This document shows, piece by piece, positions 1-10,190 of a DNA stretch of 47,900 nt. The stretch spans positions 1-47,900 of the forward strand of contig JAIXRU010000246.1 of the NCBI GenBank assembly GCA_027485045.1, in the 5' to 3' direction. The notes beneath the pieces were generated by a model. It saw only the letters and a program-made list of their open reading frames with translations, made no database searches and was not told the origin of the DNA. The DNA is from Opitutaceae bacterium (GTDB lineage: Bacteria; Verrucomicrobiota; Verrucomicrobiia; Opitutales; Opitutaceae). Both the position numbers and the translations under genes were made by a program. Each line of letters opens with the position of its first letter. The first letter of the stretch is position 1.

Positions 1-225
1 AAACGCAACTCCGAGCGCCGCAACGCCACCCTCCTCGGCACGGTCGAGGAAGTGTTGGTCGAGGGCGCGGATAAAACCGGCCTGCGCTACACCGGCCGCA
101 CCGCCGGCAACCGCGTGTGCATCTTCGACGCCAGCCCCCGCCTGGTCGGACAACTCGTGCCCCTGCGCATCACCCGCGCCAGCGTCAGCACGCTCTACGG
201 AGAACTCGTGCTCGCCGAAGTCTAA
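1..225 (+). CDS. miaB: 3' end (TRAM domain) of a tRNA methylthiotransferase, MiaB-like; truncated by the window edge
   Basis: Frame 1 reads KRNSERRNATLLGTVEEVLVEG...YTGRTAGNRVCIF...LVGQLVPLRITRASVSTLYGEL to TAA at 223-225. This fits the C-terminal TRAM domain of MiaB-type radical SAM enzymes. Confidence 0.7.
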   Translation, partial: KRNSERRNATLLGTVEEVLVEGADKTGLRYTGRTAGNRVCIFDASPRLVGQLVPLRITRASVSTLYGELVLAEV

Positions 226-315
226 CTTCAACCGCCGCCACCTACTCGTTCTACTAGCTTATCCGCTTACTAGCTCCACCCGACTCCTTCAGTCCTTCCC
301 CCTTTCCTCGCCCTC

Positions 316-855
316 ATGACCCTCTTTCTCTCCACCCTGCTCGTCGGTCTATTCCTGCTGGTGCTCGGTGGCGCGCTTGCTGCCGACACCTCGCTGGTGC
401 GTTCGTCGCTCAAGTCGTTCCCCCGCTCCGCCCCCGCCGCCTATGTGCTTTTCGGCGGCGCGGCGCTCTGGTTTCTCACCCGCGTATCCGTGCTCTCCGA
501 GGCCGACTTCGGGCAGTATCGCAACCAACTCCTGATCGGTTTCGCGCTGGTAGCCGTGTTAAGTTTCTTCTGCGTGGCCGAATTCCTCGCGGTGCGCGGT
601 CTCGCCTCCCTTATCCTGCTCGCCGCCGGGCCGCTGCTCGCAAGCGCCTACGGTGAATACGCCATCCCGACCCGCCTCTTCATGGTCTCGATCATTTACG
701 TCGCGCTCACCGCCGCCTTGGTGCTCGGCGCCCAGCCCTACCGCCTGCGCGACGCCATCGACTGGTTGCAACGCGTCCCCGGCCGCGCCCGCTGGTGCGG
801 CGCCACCCTCGCCGGCTATGGCCTGCTGCTCGTCGGCGTCGCCTTCACCTACTAA
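316..855 (+). CDS. Hypothetical integral membrane protein (about 5-6 TM helices)
   Basis: 179-aa hydrophobic ORF with host-like codon usage, closely upstream of gmk. Confidence 0.75.
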   Translation: MTLFLSTLLVGLFLLVLGGALAADTSLVRSSLKSFPRSAPAAYVLFGGAALWFLTRVSVLSEADFGQYRNQLLIGFALVAVLSFFCVAEFLAVRGLASLILLAAGPLLASAYGEYAIPTRLFMVSIIYVALTAALVLGAQPYRLRDAIDWLQRVPGRARWCGATLAGYGLLLVGVAFTY

Positions 856-866
856 AAAACCCGCCC

Positions 867-1493
867 ATGCCCGACACTGGTCATTCGTCATCGGACATAG
901 GTCATTCCCCCGTCCTGCTCGTCCTCGCCGGCCCGGCCGGCTCGGGCAAAACCACCCTTTGCGAGCGCATGGTCGCCGAAGTGCCGGGCTTTTCCCGCGT
1001 CATCACCACCACCACCCGCGACCCCCGCCCGGGCGAGGTCAACGGCGTGCACTACCACTTTTTCACCCCCGCCGAGTTCGACGCGCAGATCGCCGCCGGA
1101 GCCTTCCTCGAATGGGCCTGGGTGCATCGCAAAAACCGCTACGGCACGCTCGCCTCCTCCGTCTTGGAGCCGCTCGCCTCCGGCCGCAGCTTGATCATGA
1201 ACGTGGACGTGCAAGGCGTGGACAACTTCCGCCGCGCCGCCGCCGCCAACCCCGTTTTGGCCCGCCACTTCCTCGATATCTTCATCGACGTGCCCATCCC
1301 CGAACTCCAGGCCCGCCTCGGCGGACGCGGTGAGAGCGCAGACGAGATCGCCCGGCGCATGCAAACCGCCGAGCTCGAACTGTGCGCCCGCGACCAGTTT
1401 CGCCACATCATCGTCAGCCGCGACCGCGACCACGACTTCGCCGCCCTGCGAAAAATCTACGAAAAAACGCAAACCCCTCCGCTGACTCACTGA
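867..1493 (+). CDS. gmk: Guanylate kinase
   Basis: P-loop GPAGSGKTT, TTTTRDPRPGEVNGVHYHF, FLEWAWVH..YGT, DVQG and RG.ES..EIARR motifs. ATG at 867 preferred over the GTG at 795, which overlaps the upstream gene. Confidence 0.93.
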   Translation: MPDTGHSSSDIGHSPVLLVLAGPAGSGKTTLCERMVAEVPGFSRVITTTTRDPRPGEVNGVHYHFFTPAEFDAQIAAGAFLEWAWVHRKNRYGTLASSVLEPLASGRSLIMNVDVQGVDNFRRAAAANPVLARHFLDIFIDVPIPELQARLGGRGESADEIARRMQTAELELCARDQFRHIIVSRDRDHDFAALRKIYEKTQTPPLTH

Positions 1494-1570
1494 CCCGCTC
1501 GACCTGCCGGCATTCACTCGCCAATCTGCATCGAGTCATTGCCTCTATTCCCCTCTAACCCTCCGCCGCC

Positions 1571-1879
1571 ATGACCACCCTATTCGCCACCGCCGCCGCC
1601 AAAACCACCGTCTTGGAAAAGCTCCAGGCCGTGCCCAAGGAAACCTGGATCAGCCTGCTGGTCGCGGTCTTTGTGATCTTCGCTTTGGTTCGAATCTGGA
1701 AATCGCTTAAAGAGATCAACGAGTTCGTGCCCTGGATCGTTCTCTTCTCCGTCGGCGGAGCGGTGATTCTGTATTGGACCTACGAGCGCACCGAACCGAA
1801 GATACTCTCTCCTATTTTTAACGAACTCGCCAGGGTTCTGCCCTCTCGCGTCGGGTATAAAGACGCCCCGACTCCCTAA
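1571..1879 (+). CDS. Small hypothetical membrane protein (2 TM)
   Basis: 102-aa ATG-started ORF with two hydrophobic stretches; fills the gap between gmk and panD. Confidence 0.65.
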   Translation: MTTLFATAAAKTTVLEKLQAVPKETWISLLVAVFVIFALVRIWKSLKEINEFVPWIVLFSVGGAVILYWTYERTEPKILSPIFNELARVLPSRVGYKDAPTP

Positions 1880-1898
1880 CGAAATCGACCCCCGCTCA

Positions 1899-2270
1899 TC
1901 ACGGTTGACCGATGGTCTTGTCCTCGATCGACGCGATCACGTTGCCCGGTTTCAGCAAAACCACGCGAGCGGAATGGTTGGCGACCTCCTCGGTCGCTAG
2001 TCGGCAATACGCGATCACGATCACCAAGTCACCCGTGCGCACCAGGCGCGCAGCCGCACCGTTGACCTGCACCTGACCGGCGTCGCCGTAGATCACATAA
2101 GTGGTGAACCGGGCGCCATTGTTGATATCGAGCACATCCACCTGCTCGAACTCCAACAGTCCGGCCGCCCGGCACAGGGCGCGATCCAAGGAGATCGACC
2201 CCTCGTAATCAGGATCGGCGGCGGTGATCGTGGCGCGATGCAGCTTGGTTTTTAGAAAAGTGCGAAACAC
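1899..2270 (-). CDS. panD: Aspartate 1-decarboxylase
   Basis: [13 protein letters not shown] autocleavage site, [23 protein letters not shown]. Confidence 0.94.
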   Translation of the reverse strand: MFRTFLKTKLHRATITAADPDYEGSISLDRALCRAAGLLEFEQVDVLDINNGARFTTYVIYGDAGQVQVNGAAARLVRTGDLVIVIAYCRLATEEVANHSARVVLLKPGNVIASIEDKTIGQP

Positions 2271-2368
2271 AGGGATAAAGGGAAACCATCAACGCATTCC
2301 CCCGCCCTCGGCAAGCGCGCTTGTAACGTTTGCTTGTCGCGTTTACCTGTGCGGCCCACCGCGGCCAC

Positions 2369-3013
2369 TCACGCTCCGCCCAGCCAGTGGTCTACCCAAG
2401 CGCACAGGGAACCCACCCCGGCCAGATGTGCCGCCGCCGATGAATCGCCCGGCCGATAGATTCTAAACGTACGCCCCGCGCCCACCACGCCCATCTCTTG
2501 TAGATCATTATGCACCACCGCGTCCACCCCTCCAGCCGTCAACAGCCGCCCCACCGCCGCCGCCCGCGCCAAATCGTCCGCCCCATGCGTCAGTTTAAAA
2601 CCCAGCACCCGCACGGGCCGGGGTGACCAGCTCTTCAACTGGGGAAGCAGTTTCGGCGTCGGCACCAAACGCACCACCAACTCGTCCGCATGCGAACTGA
2701 GCTTACCCCCGTGGGATAATTCCGGACGATAATCCGAAACCGCCGCCGCCTGAATAACCGCCTCGCAGGTTCCCCCGCCCAGAACCGCGCGCATGCGTTC
2801 CCCGAGATTCTCCGTCGACGTAAACGCCCCGCACACCACCCCCTCGGCGCAAGGCCGCACCGCGCCCTCCCCGTGCAAGAGCGTCACCTCGTGACCGGCG
2901 CGCGCCAAGGCATCGGCCAGCGCCGCCCCGGTCGAGCCGGTGCTCACGTTGGAAACAAATCGCACCGCATCGATCGGCTCGCGGGTCGCACCGCTGGTGA
3001 TAAGGATTTTCAT
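2369..3013 (-). CDS. coaB: Phosphopantothenate--cysteine ligase (stand-alone CoaB)
   Basis: ILITSGATREPIDAVRFVSNVSTG, AAAVSDYRP, KLSS, PTPKLL and GFKL motifs of the CoaB half of CoaBC/Dfp. Confidence 0.87.
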   Translation of the reverse strand: MKILITSGATREPIDAVRFVSNVSTGSTGAALADALARAGHEVTLLHGEGAVRPCAEGVVCGAFTSTENLGERMRAVLGGGTCEAVIQAAAVSDYRPELSHGGKLSSHADELVVRLVPTPKLLPQLKSWSPRPVRVLGFKLTHGADDLARAAAVGRLLTAGGVDAVVHNDLQEMGVVGAGRTFRIYRPGDSSAAAHLAGVGSLCAWVDHWLGGA

Positions 3014-3066
3014 ATCTGGCCTATGACCACGAGAGCCGTTCCGGGAGCCGTTTATTCCCGAAAAAA

Positions 3067-3615
3067 TCAGGCGATCTTTGTGCCTAGCTCCACCAGTATA
3101 TGCCGCACGAGCGTATCCGGATCGAGCAAACGCCCGGGACCGATCTCGCCGCAGGCCAGCGTGCCGTCCTCGCTAGGCAAAACCCGCACGCCCATCCCGG
3201 CCAGCCTGGCCAGGCTCGCCTGGGTGGATGGATGTTCCAGCATGGCCGAATTCATCGCCGGCGCCACCCACCACGGCTTGCGTTTCAGTTCCCACGCCAA
3301 AAACAAAGCCCCCAAAGGATCGTCGGCCAGCCCGGCCGAGAGCCGGTTCAACGTATTGGCCGAAGCCGGCGCGAGCACCGCCAGATCCGCCCAACGCGCC
3401 ACATCGATATGCTCCATCGCCCGCCCCGGCGTCCACAGATCCACGAACGGCGCCCGGCCGGTCAGTCCCTCCAAAGTGGCCGCGCCGATGAAGCGCAAGG
3501 CTCCGGCCGTGACCACCGTCTGCACCTCCACTTTGGCCTGCACCAAGCGCGAGATCGCGTGACAGGCTTTGTAACAAGAAATGGATCCCGAGAGTGCGAA
3601 GAGAACGCGCGACAT
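3067..3615 (-). CDS. coaC: Phosphopantothenoylcysteine decarboxylase (stand-alone CoaC, HFCD flavoprotein)
   Basis: LSGSISCYKA, HI, APASANTL, G.ADD, PAMN and ACGE.GPGRL motifs. ATG at 3615. Confidence 0.9.
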   Translation of the reverse strand: MSRVLFALSGSISCYKACHAISRLVQAKVEVQTVVTAGALRFIGAATLEGLTGRAPFVDLWTPGRAMEHIDVARWADLAVLAPASANTLNRLSAGLADDPLGALFLAWELKRKPWWVAPAMNSAMLEHPSTQASLARLAGMGVRVLPSEDGTLACGEIGPGRLLDPDTLVRHILVELGTKIA

Positions 3616-3661
3616 GGTAAATTCAGCGAACGAGGTTAACGTTAAAAAAATCGGTAACTCA

Positions 3662-4459
3662 TCAGTAACTCTCCGCCGCACCGGGGAAAGAGCGCTCCAC
3701 CGTAGCCGCATGGAAAGCCGCCAGGCCTGCTCGCGCCGCCGCCCCTGCCGGAGCAAACTCCCGCACGAACCGCGGCCGGTGCCCGCTCGTCAGCCCGAGT
3801 AAATCCGCCATGACCAAAACCTGCCCATCGCACCCCGCCCCCGCGCCGATCCCTATGGTGGGCACTCCGATAGCCGCCGTGATCTCGCGCCCCAGCGCCT
3901 CCGGCACGCATTCCAAGACCAGTCCAAAAGCCCCCGCCGCCTCCAGCGCACGCGCCTGCCTCAGCAAGGCATCGGCCGCGACCGGGTTTTTACCCTGCAC
4001 CTTATACCCGCCTAGTGCGTGCACCGCCTGCGGCGTCAGGCCCAGATGTCCCATCACCGGCACCCCGGATTCCACCAAATGGGCGATCACATCCGCATGC
4101 CCGTCGATCCCTTCGATTTTCACCGCTTGCGCCCCCGCCCGTAGTAGCAACGCCGCGGTATCGACCGCAGCAGCCAGCCCACGCCGGGCCGCCAGAAAAG
4201 GGAAATCCGCCACGATCAACTTGCGCTGCCCCGGCTCGCCCAAACCCCTGGCCACCGCCGCCGTGTGCCGTGCCATAATCTCGGGCGTGGCCGCAAACGT
4301 CGTCGGCTCGCCATCCAGCACCGTGGCGAGCGAGTCGCCCACCAAGACGCAGTCCACCGGAGATTCGGCCAAAAACCGGGCCTCCCAATGCGTGTAAGCC
4401 GAGACCATGCTGATCGGGGCCTGGCCCTTGCGGGCACGAAATTCGAGGACGGACTTCAT
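3662..4459 (-). CDS. panB: 3-methyl-2-oxobutanoate hydroxymethyltransferase
   Basis: LVGDSL, ADFPF, AVKIEG, GHLGLTPQ, GGYKVQG, LECVP, PTIGIGAG..CDGQVLV. ATG at 4459. Confidence 0.95.
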   Translation of the reverse strand: MKSVLEFRARKGQAPISMVSAYTHWEARFLAESPVDCVLVGDSLATVLDGEPTTFAATPEIMARHTAAVARGLGEPGQRKLIVADFPFLAARRGLAAAVDTAALLLRAGAQAVKIEGIDGHADVIAHLVESGVPVMGHLGLTPQAVHALGGYKVQGKNPVAADALLRQARALEAAGAFGLVLECVPEALGREITAAIGVPTIGIGAGAGCDGQVLVMADLLGLTSGHRPRFVREFAPAGAAARAGLAAFHAATVERSFPGAAESY

Positions 4460-4615
4460 AACGTTTCCCAACACTCTGTCCGAAACATACGCGGAAACGC
4501 ACCAAAAAATCACCGCCGCTGCGGATTGCGTTTCCCACCCCTGGCCCATCCCCAGTCCTCAGCCCCAAACCCATCTTCCAGTCCTCCCCCCTCCCGAGCT
4601 TCTTTCCGGCCCCGG

Positions 4616-4961
4616 ACCAAAACTTCACCGATCCGTGTCGCCATCGCAGGCACCGGGCGGCATGGCCGTCCAATACTTCGAGTCCAGCTATCTGCTAACC
4701 TGGCTCAGTGCCCCCATCTGGGGCGTCTGGCGCACCAACCCGGCCTGGCTCTGGCGACTCTCTTCCCAACGCGGCTCCAAAGGCGTACTCGGCGACGTCG
4801 GCGTGCACTTGGTGGACTTCGGCACCTATCCCGCCGGTCCGATCAAAACCGTCTTCGCCCGGCTCAAGACCTTCCCCAAAGCCCCGCCCAACCGCATGGG
4901 TGCCTATAAGCTCGATGCCTGCTTACAATCCGCTACCACCCGCCAACCCGTCACGCTTTGA
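4616..4961 (+). pseudogene. Degraded Gfo/Idh/MocA-family oxidoreductase fragment
   Basis: The Rossmann start IRVAIAGTG continues as GGMA only after a one-base frameshift (accGggcggcatg, ~4652-4664). It then jumps to the C-terminal-domain segment SYL..WL..W..WRT.PAWLWRLS..GSKGVLGDVGVHLVDF. No start codon; premature end. Confidence 0.7.
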
Positions 4962-5284
4962 TCCATTTGGGAGAAAAATTAAAATATCGTCCAAAAAGGC
5001 TCAAAAAGGCGGTCAAAAACCACGTTTTCAGCCCGTTTTAACGCGTTTCCATGTGTCATTTAGGTTACGTCAAAACCCGAATTTTACCTCTGTAGAAGAA
5101 ATCTAGTTAAGCTAAAAAGCGCGTTAATTTACCCGTTTTGGGCCTATTCCAGGGCTTTTTTGCATTAAAAACGGGTTAAAATTGGGATTTGCCAAAGCTC
5201 CGATCACAATCATTGAACGTCCCCACAGCGAACCGGTCTAAATCCCCGATAGCGCTTACTTCACACTATAACCCTGGCCCTACC

Positions 5285-5785
5285 TTGGACCTCAAACAAA
5301 TCAAACTCGTCATCGACCTCATGAAGCGTTCTGACCTGACCGAATTCGCGGTCGAGGAAGAAGGCTTCAAGCTGAAGATCCGTCGCGGTGCCTCCGGCTC
5401 GCCCGTCATCAGCGGTCAATCCTACGGCGGCTCCGCCTCCCCGTTCCCGACGCACTCCGCGCCTGCTCCGGCCCCCGCCGCCGCACCCGCCCCTGCGCCC
5501 GTCACGCTGAACGCCCCCTCCGCCCCCGCAGGCGACGAGGCCGGCATCATCTTCGTGAAGAGCCCCATGGTCGGCACCTTTTACAAGGCAGCCTCCCCGG
5601 AATCCAAATCCTTCGCCGAACCCGGCACCAAGATCTCCGAAACCAGCGTGGTCTGCATCATCGAAGCGATGAAGATCATGAACGAGATACAATCCGAGGT
5701 AAAAGGCACCGTCATCGAAGTCCTCGTTGAAAACGGCTCCCCGGTCGAATACGGCCAGAAACTCTTCAAGGTAAAACAAGGCTAA
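5285..5785 (+). CDS. accB: Acetyl-CoA carboxylase biotin carboxyl carrier protein
   Basis: TTG start (MDLKQIK), Ala/Pro-rich linker, SPMVGTFY, biotinylation motif EAMKIMNEI. Confidence 0.95.
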   Translation: MDLKQIKLVIDLMKRSDLTEFAVEEEGFKLKIRRGASGSPVISGQSYGGSASPFPTHSAPAPAPAAAPAPAPVTLNAPSAPAGDEAGIIFVKSPMVGTFYKAASPESKSFAEPGTKISETSVVCIIEAMKIMNEIQSEVKGTVIEVLVENGSPVEYGQKLFKVKQG

Positions 5786-5814
5786 GCCACGCCTACCGCT
5801 ACTTTATTAATTCA

Positions 5815-5880
5815 TAAACCACTAATAATCACTAATCTTCACTAATTCATTAGTGACCATTAGTGCCTATTAGTGGTTTA
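5815..5880. repeat. AT-rich inverted repeat built from 10-bp-phased CACTAAT units
   Basis: CACTAAT at 5820, 5830 and 5840, followed by three ATTAGTG copies. The outer arms TAAACCACTAATA / TATTAGTGGTTTA are perfectly complementary. Confidence 0.85.
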
Positions 5881-5905
5881 ACTTTTTCCGACCCTTCTCC
5901 CTACC

Positions 5906-7273
<1,368 letters not shown>

Positions 7274-7321
7274 GTCCGCGCCCCTCCCCAAACACCCGCC
7301 CGAGGCCCTCTGCCTCGCCCC

Positions 7322-7352
7322 AAAAGCCGAGCCCACCGCTCGGCTTTTTTTA
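7322..7352 (+). terminator. Intrinsic terminator after accC
   Basis: AAAAGCCGAGC-ccacc-GCTCGGCTTTT stem running into a T tract. Confidence 0.8.
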
Positions 7353-7394
7353 TTCCTTACATCCGCATTCCCGTCCACCCGTGCCCCCGTGCGT

Positions 7395-7418
7395 TTTTTG
7401 GCAAAACCTTGCCAAAAA
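7395..7418. promoter_or_regulatory. Perfect palindrome, candidate operator upstream of the PAS/MCP pair
   Basis: TTTTTGGCAA-aacc-TTGCCAAAAA, about 110 bp upstream of the PAS gene start. Confidence 0.4.
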
Positions 7419-7525
7419 TAAAAAATCTACACGCGCCCACTTTTCCCGCGTCCACCTGTGCCGTTAAATACGCGACCAACCCTGACTTTTCCCGCCATTT
7501 TCCTCCCCACTCCCCGCCTGCCTTT

Positions 7526-8086
7526 ATGTGCGCTCGCCCTACCACACCTATCACCGGCCGCGAAATCTCCTTCGGTGAAGACGAAATCATCGTCTCCAAA
7601 ACCGACCCGCGCGGCGTCATCACCTACGCGAACTCCGTTTTTCTCCGCGTTGCCGGTTACCAAGAAGCCGAACTCATTGGCCAACCTCACAACCTGATCC
7701 GCCACCCCGACATGCCCCGCTGTGTTTTCCGCCTGCTCTGGAATACGGTAAAAAACGGCCAGGAAATCTTCGCCTACGTGCTTAACCGCGCCAAAAACGG
7801 AGACGGATACTGGGTCTTTGCCCACATCACCCCAAGCTATAACCGACAAGGCGTGATCACCGGCTACCACTCCAACCGCCGCGTCCCCCATGCCGATGCC
7901 CTCGCCAAAGTACGGCCACTCTACGCCGCTCTTCTCGCCGAGGAGCGTCGCCACGCCTCGCCCGATGCCGGAATACAAGCGTCCACCTCCCTGATCACCG
8001 CCCGCCTTGCCGAGTCCGGTCAAAGCTACTCGCAATTCGTCTTCGGCCTCTCCGCCCACACCTGCCTGGCCTCCTCCGTTCGTTAA
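7526..8086 (+). CDS. Stand-alone PAS-domain protein (Aer/CetB-like FAD sensor)
   Basis: IIVSKTD.RGVITYAN..F, ELIGQPHNLIRHPDMP, LW..., VLNRAKNGDGYWV.AHITP, GYHSNRR are hallmark Aer-type PAS motifs. ATG at 7526. Confidence 0.88.
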   Translation: MCARPTTPITGREISFGEDEIIVSKTDPRGVITYANSVFLRVAGYQEAELIGQPHNLIRHPDMPRCVFRLLWNTVKNGQEIFAYVLNRAKNGDGYWVFAHITPSYNRQGVITGYHSNRRVPHADALAKVRPLYAALLAEERRHASPDAGIQASTSLITARLAESGQSYSQFVFGLSAHTCLASSVR

Positions 8087-8104
8087 CCTCCTTCGCCGCC
8101 CGCC

Positions 8105-9100
8105 ATGCTCTCCCGGTTCTTACCCCGCCCAGCCGCCACCGCCGCCAGCCTCACCGCCGCCACTTCCGGACCCGCCGACAGTGCATCCGCTCCCGGTGCA
8201 GCGCCAGAACTCAACGACGACGAAGCCCTTGCCCGCATCACGACCCCCTGCGTGCGCGTTGCCGATGGCGACCTCGAAGCCCGCATCATCGGCCTCTCCG
8301 GGCACCCGCGCTTCGGCCCCACCGCCATCGCCATCAACAACGCCCTGGACCGCGTCGATTCCTACGTCCGCGAGACCGCCGCCTCCATGCAACATTGCAG
8401 CGACGACAAATTTCACCGCCCCATCCTTCTGCGCGGTATGCCCGGTGCCTTCCGCCAAAGCGCCCTCATCATCAACCAGGCCGGCTCCAAGATGCAGGCC
8501 AACCACAAACAGCTCGGAATCATCGCCGGCCTCGCCCGGGAAAACAGCGCCTCCGTCAGCACCGTCGCCGCCGCCTGCGAAGAACTCCACGCCACCAGCG
8601 GTGAAATCTCCCACCAAGTCGCCGACACCACCCGACTCACCGGCAGAGTCATGGCCGACAGCGAAAGCGCCGTGCGCGCCGTCGCCGCCATGAACGCCGC
8701 CGCCACCCGCGCCGAAGCCCTCATCGGCCTAATCAACAAAGTCGCGGAACAGACCAACCTGCTTGCCATTAACGCCACCATCTCCGCCGCCCGCGCCGGC
8801 GAACACGGCCGCCGCTTCGCCGTCGTGGCGACCGAGGTAAAACAACTCGCCAGCAACACCGCCGCCGCCACCGAGGATATTCGCCAGCAAGTAACCGCCA
8901 TCCAGCAATGCGTCGCCGACGTCGAACAACGCATCGCAGCCATGAACCAGTCCATCGGCCAAATCCACCGCTCCACCGACACCATTTCCCAATCCGTGCA
9001 ACAACAGGTCATCGCCACCAACGAGATCACCCGCACCATCAGCGACGTTTCCTCCAACACCCAAAAAGTCTCGGATCAAATCAGCCAAGCCGTTAAGTGA
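8105..9100 (+). CDS. Methyl-accepting chemotaxis protein, apparently soluble
   Basis: HAMP-like [10 protein letters not shown] segment and signalling hairpin [36 protein letters not shown]. No clear TM helix. Confidence 0.9.
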   Translation: MLSRFLPRPAATAASLTAATSGPADSASAPGAAPELNDDEALARITTPCVRVADGDLEARIIGLSGHPRFGPTAIAINNALDRVDSYVRETAASMQHCSDDKFHRPILLRGMPGAFRQSALIINQAGSKMQANHKQLGIIAGLARENSASVSTVAAACEELHATSGEISHQVADTTRLTGRVMADSESAVRAVAAMNAAATRAEALIGLINKVAEQTNLLAINATISAARAGEHGRRFAVVATEVKQLASNTAAATEDIRQQVTAIQQCVADVEQRIAAMNQSIGQIHRSTDTISQSVQQQVIATNEITRTISDVSSNTQKVSDQISQAVK

Positions 9101-9129
9101 GCCTCCGGCCACCGCCTGCGCCTACTCGC

Positions 9130-9453
9130 CTACTCGACTACTTCTCCGGGCACCCGCGAAGCCTCCCGGTCGTGAACCCAAAAACGGTCCACCACGCGCC
9201 CATTGCGGCTCAGGTCATAGCCCCACTCCGTATCGCTCACCGTCAGCTCCCATCCTTCCTGGGAGGGAATGGTTTCCGATGACCGCGAAAGCACACAAAG
9301 CGCCTGCCAGGCCTCGGTCTTGGCCCGCTCAAACGCTGCCTCCGGCTCGTTAAAACAACCCAAAAAACTCCGCCGCTGATTGGGCTTGCCGTCCGCATCC
9401 TGCACATAGGTAAACCGCATCACGGTGAAGGTTGGGAAAATTGAAGACTTCAT
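9130..9453 (-). CDS. Hypothetical protein
   Basis: Protein-like ORF (..DTEWGYDL..VVDRFWVHD). Start uncertain (ATG at 9453 or 9420). Confidence 0.6.
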   Translation of the reverse strand: MKSSIFPTFTVMRFTYVQDADGKPNQRRSFLGCFNEPEAAFERAKTEAWQALCVLSRSSETIPSQEGWELTVSDTEWGYDLSRNGRVVDRFWVHDREASRVPGEVVE

Positions 9454-9471
9454 AGGATTTTTATGCACGCT

Positions 9472-9488
9472 TGCTTAAGCAGTGCCAA
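9472..9488 (-). promoter_or_regulatory. Possible sigma54 (-24/-12) promoter
   Basis: Minus strand reads TTGGCACTGCTTAAGCA with correct GG-N10-GC spacing, but the -12 TT is replaced by AA. Confidence 0.3.
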
Positions 9489-9535
9489 ATCCGCCGGCAG
9501 ACAAACGCTCAATAATTTTTTACAAAAAACATCGG

Positions 9536-10117
9536 CTACGATCCCCAACCTCGCCGGATTAAACTGATCGCGATCGCCGCCAAAAGAAGCGACACGATCT
9601 TGGAAATCGCCCGCAACCCCGTCGGCCGGATCACCCGCACCAGCCGGTCCGCCTGCGAAAACGAAAGCGCCAGCAACCCGAGATTAACCGCCAGCGCCGC
9701 CAGCGTCACCGCCAGCCCAACCGTCTGCGCCAGCAACAGTAAGGTCGCTATCGCCGCCGGCCCGGCGATCAGCGGCATGCCCAGCGGCACCACCCCGAAA
9801 TCCTCCGGCACCTCCAGCGGTGCCGCCGCGATCGGCTGCAATAAATCCCGCGACGCCAAAATAAACAGGATCAACCCGCCCGCGATTTGGAAATCCCCCA
9901 CCGTGATGCCTAGCGCCGCGAAAATCCCCTGCCCGAGAAACAAAAAAACCAGCGCCACCAGCCCACCCGTCACCACCCCCTGACGCGCAATCCGCCGCTT
10001 CCTCGCCTCCGGCACCCCCGCCCCCAAAGCGATAAAAATCGCCGCCAGCCCGATCGGATCCAAGGCCACAAAAAGCGGAATAAACGCCTGAAGAAAACGA
10101 GCAACCAGATCATCCAT
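9536..10117 (-). CDS. MarC family inner membrane protein
   Basis: LFVALDPIG, FQIAGGLILF, VVPLGMPLIAGPAAI, TGLRAISKIVSLLLAAIA. Confidence 0.9.
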   Translation of the reverse strand: MDDLVARFLQAFIPLFVALDPIGLAAIFIALGAGVPEARKRRIARQGVVTGGLVALVFLFLGQGIFAALGITVGDFQIAGGLILFILASRDLLQPIAAAPLEVPEDFGVVPLGMPLIAGPAAIATLLLLAQTVGLAVTLAALAVNLGLLALSFSQADRLVRVIRPTGLRAISKIVSLLLAAIAISLIRRGWGS

Positions 10118-10190
10118 GAACCCAAGCTAAGCCCTTCGCTCCCCAGCCGCAAGCCACCCATTTCCCGGCCCGCCGCATGAGTCCAAACCT

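Noticed and set aside
878-905. Four 7-bp NNG(T/A)CAT tandem units at the gmk 5' end
   Set aside because: Short degenerate microrepeat; not CRISPR-like and no function supportable.
7398-7413. TGGCA...TTGC as a sigma54 promoter for the PAS gene
   Set aside because: GG-to-GC spacing is one base short of the strict requirement; kept only as a palindrome.
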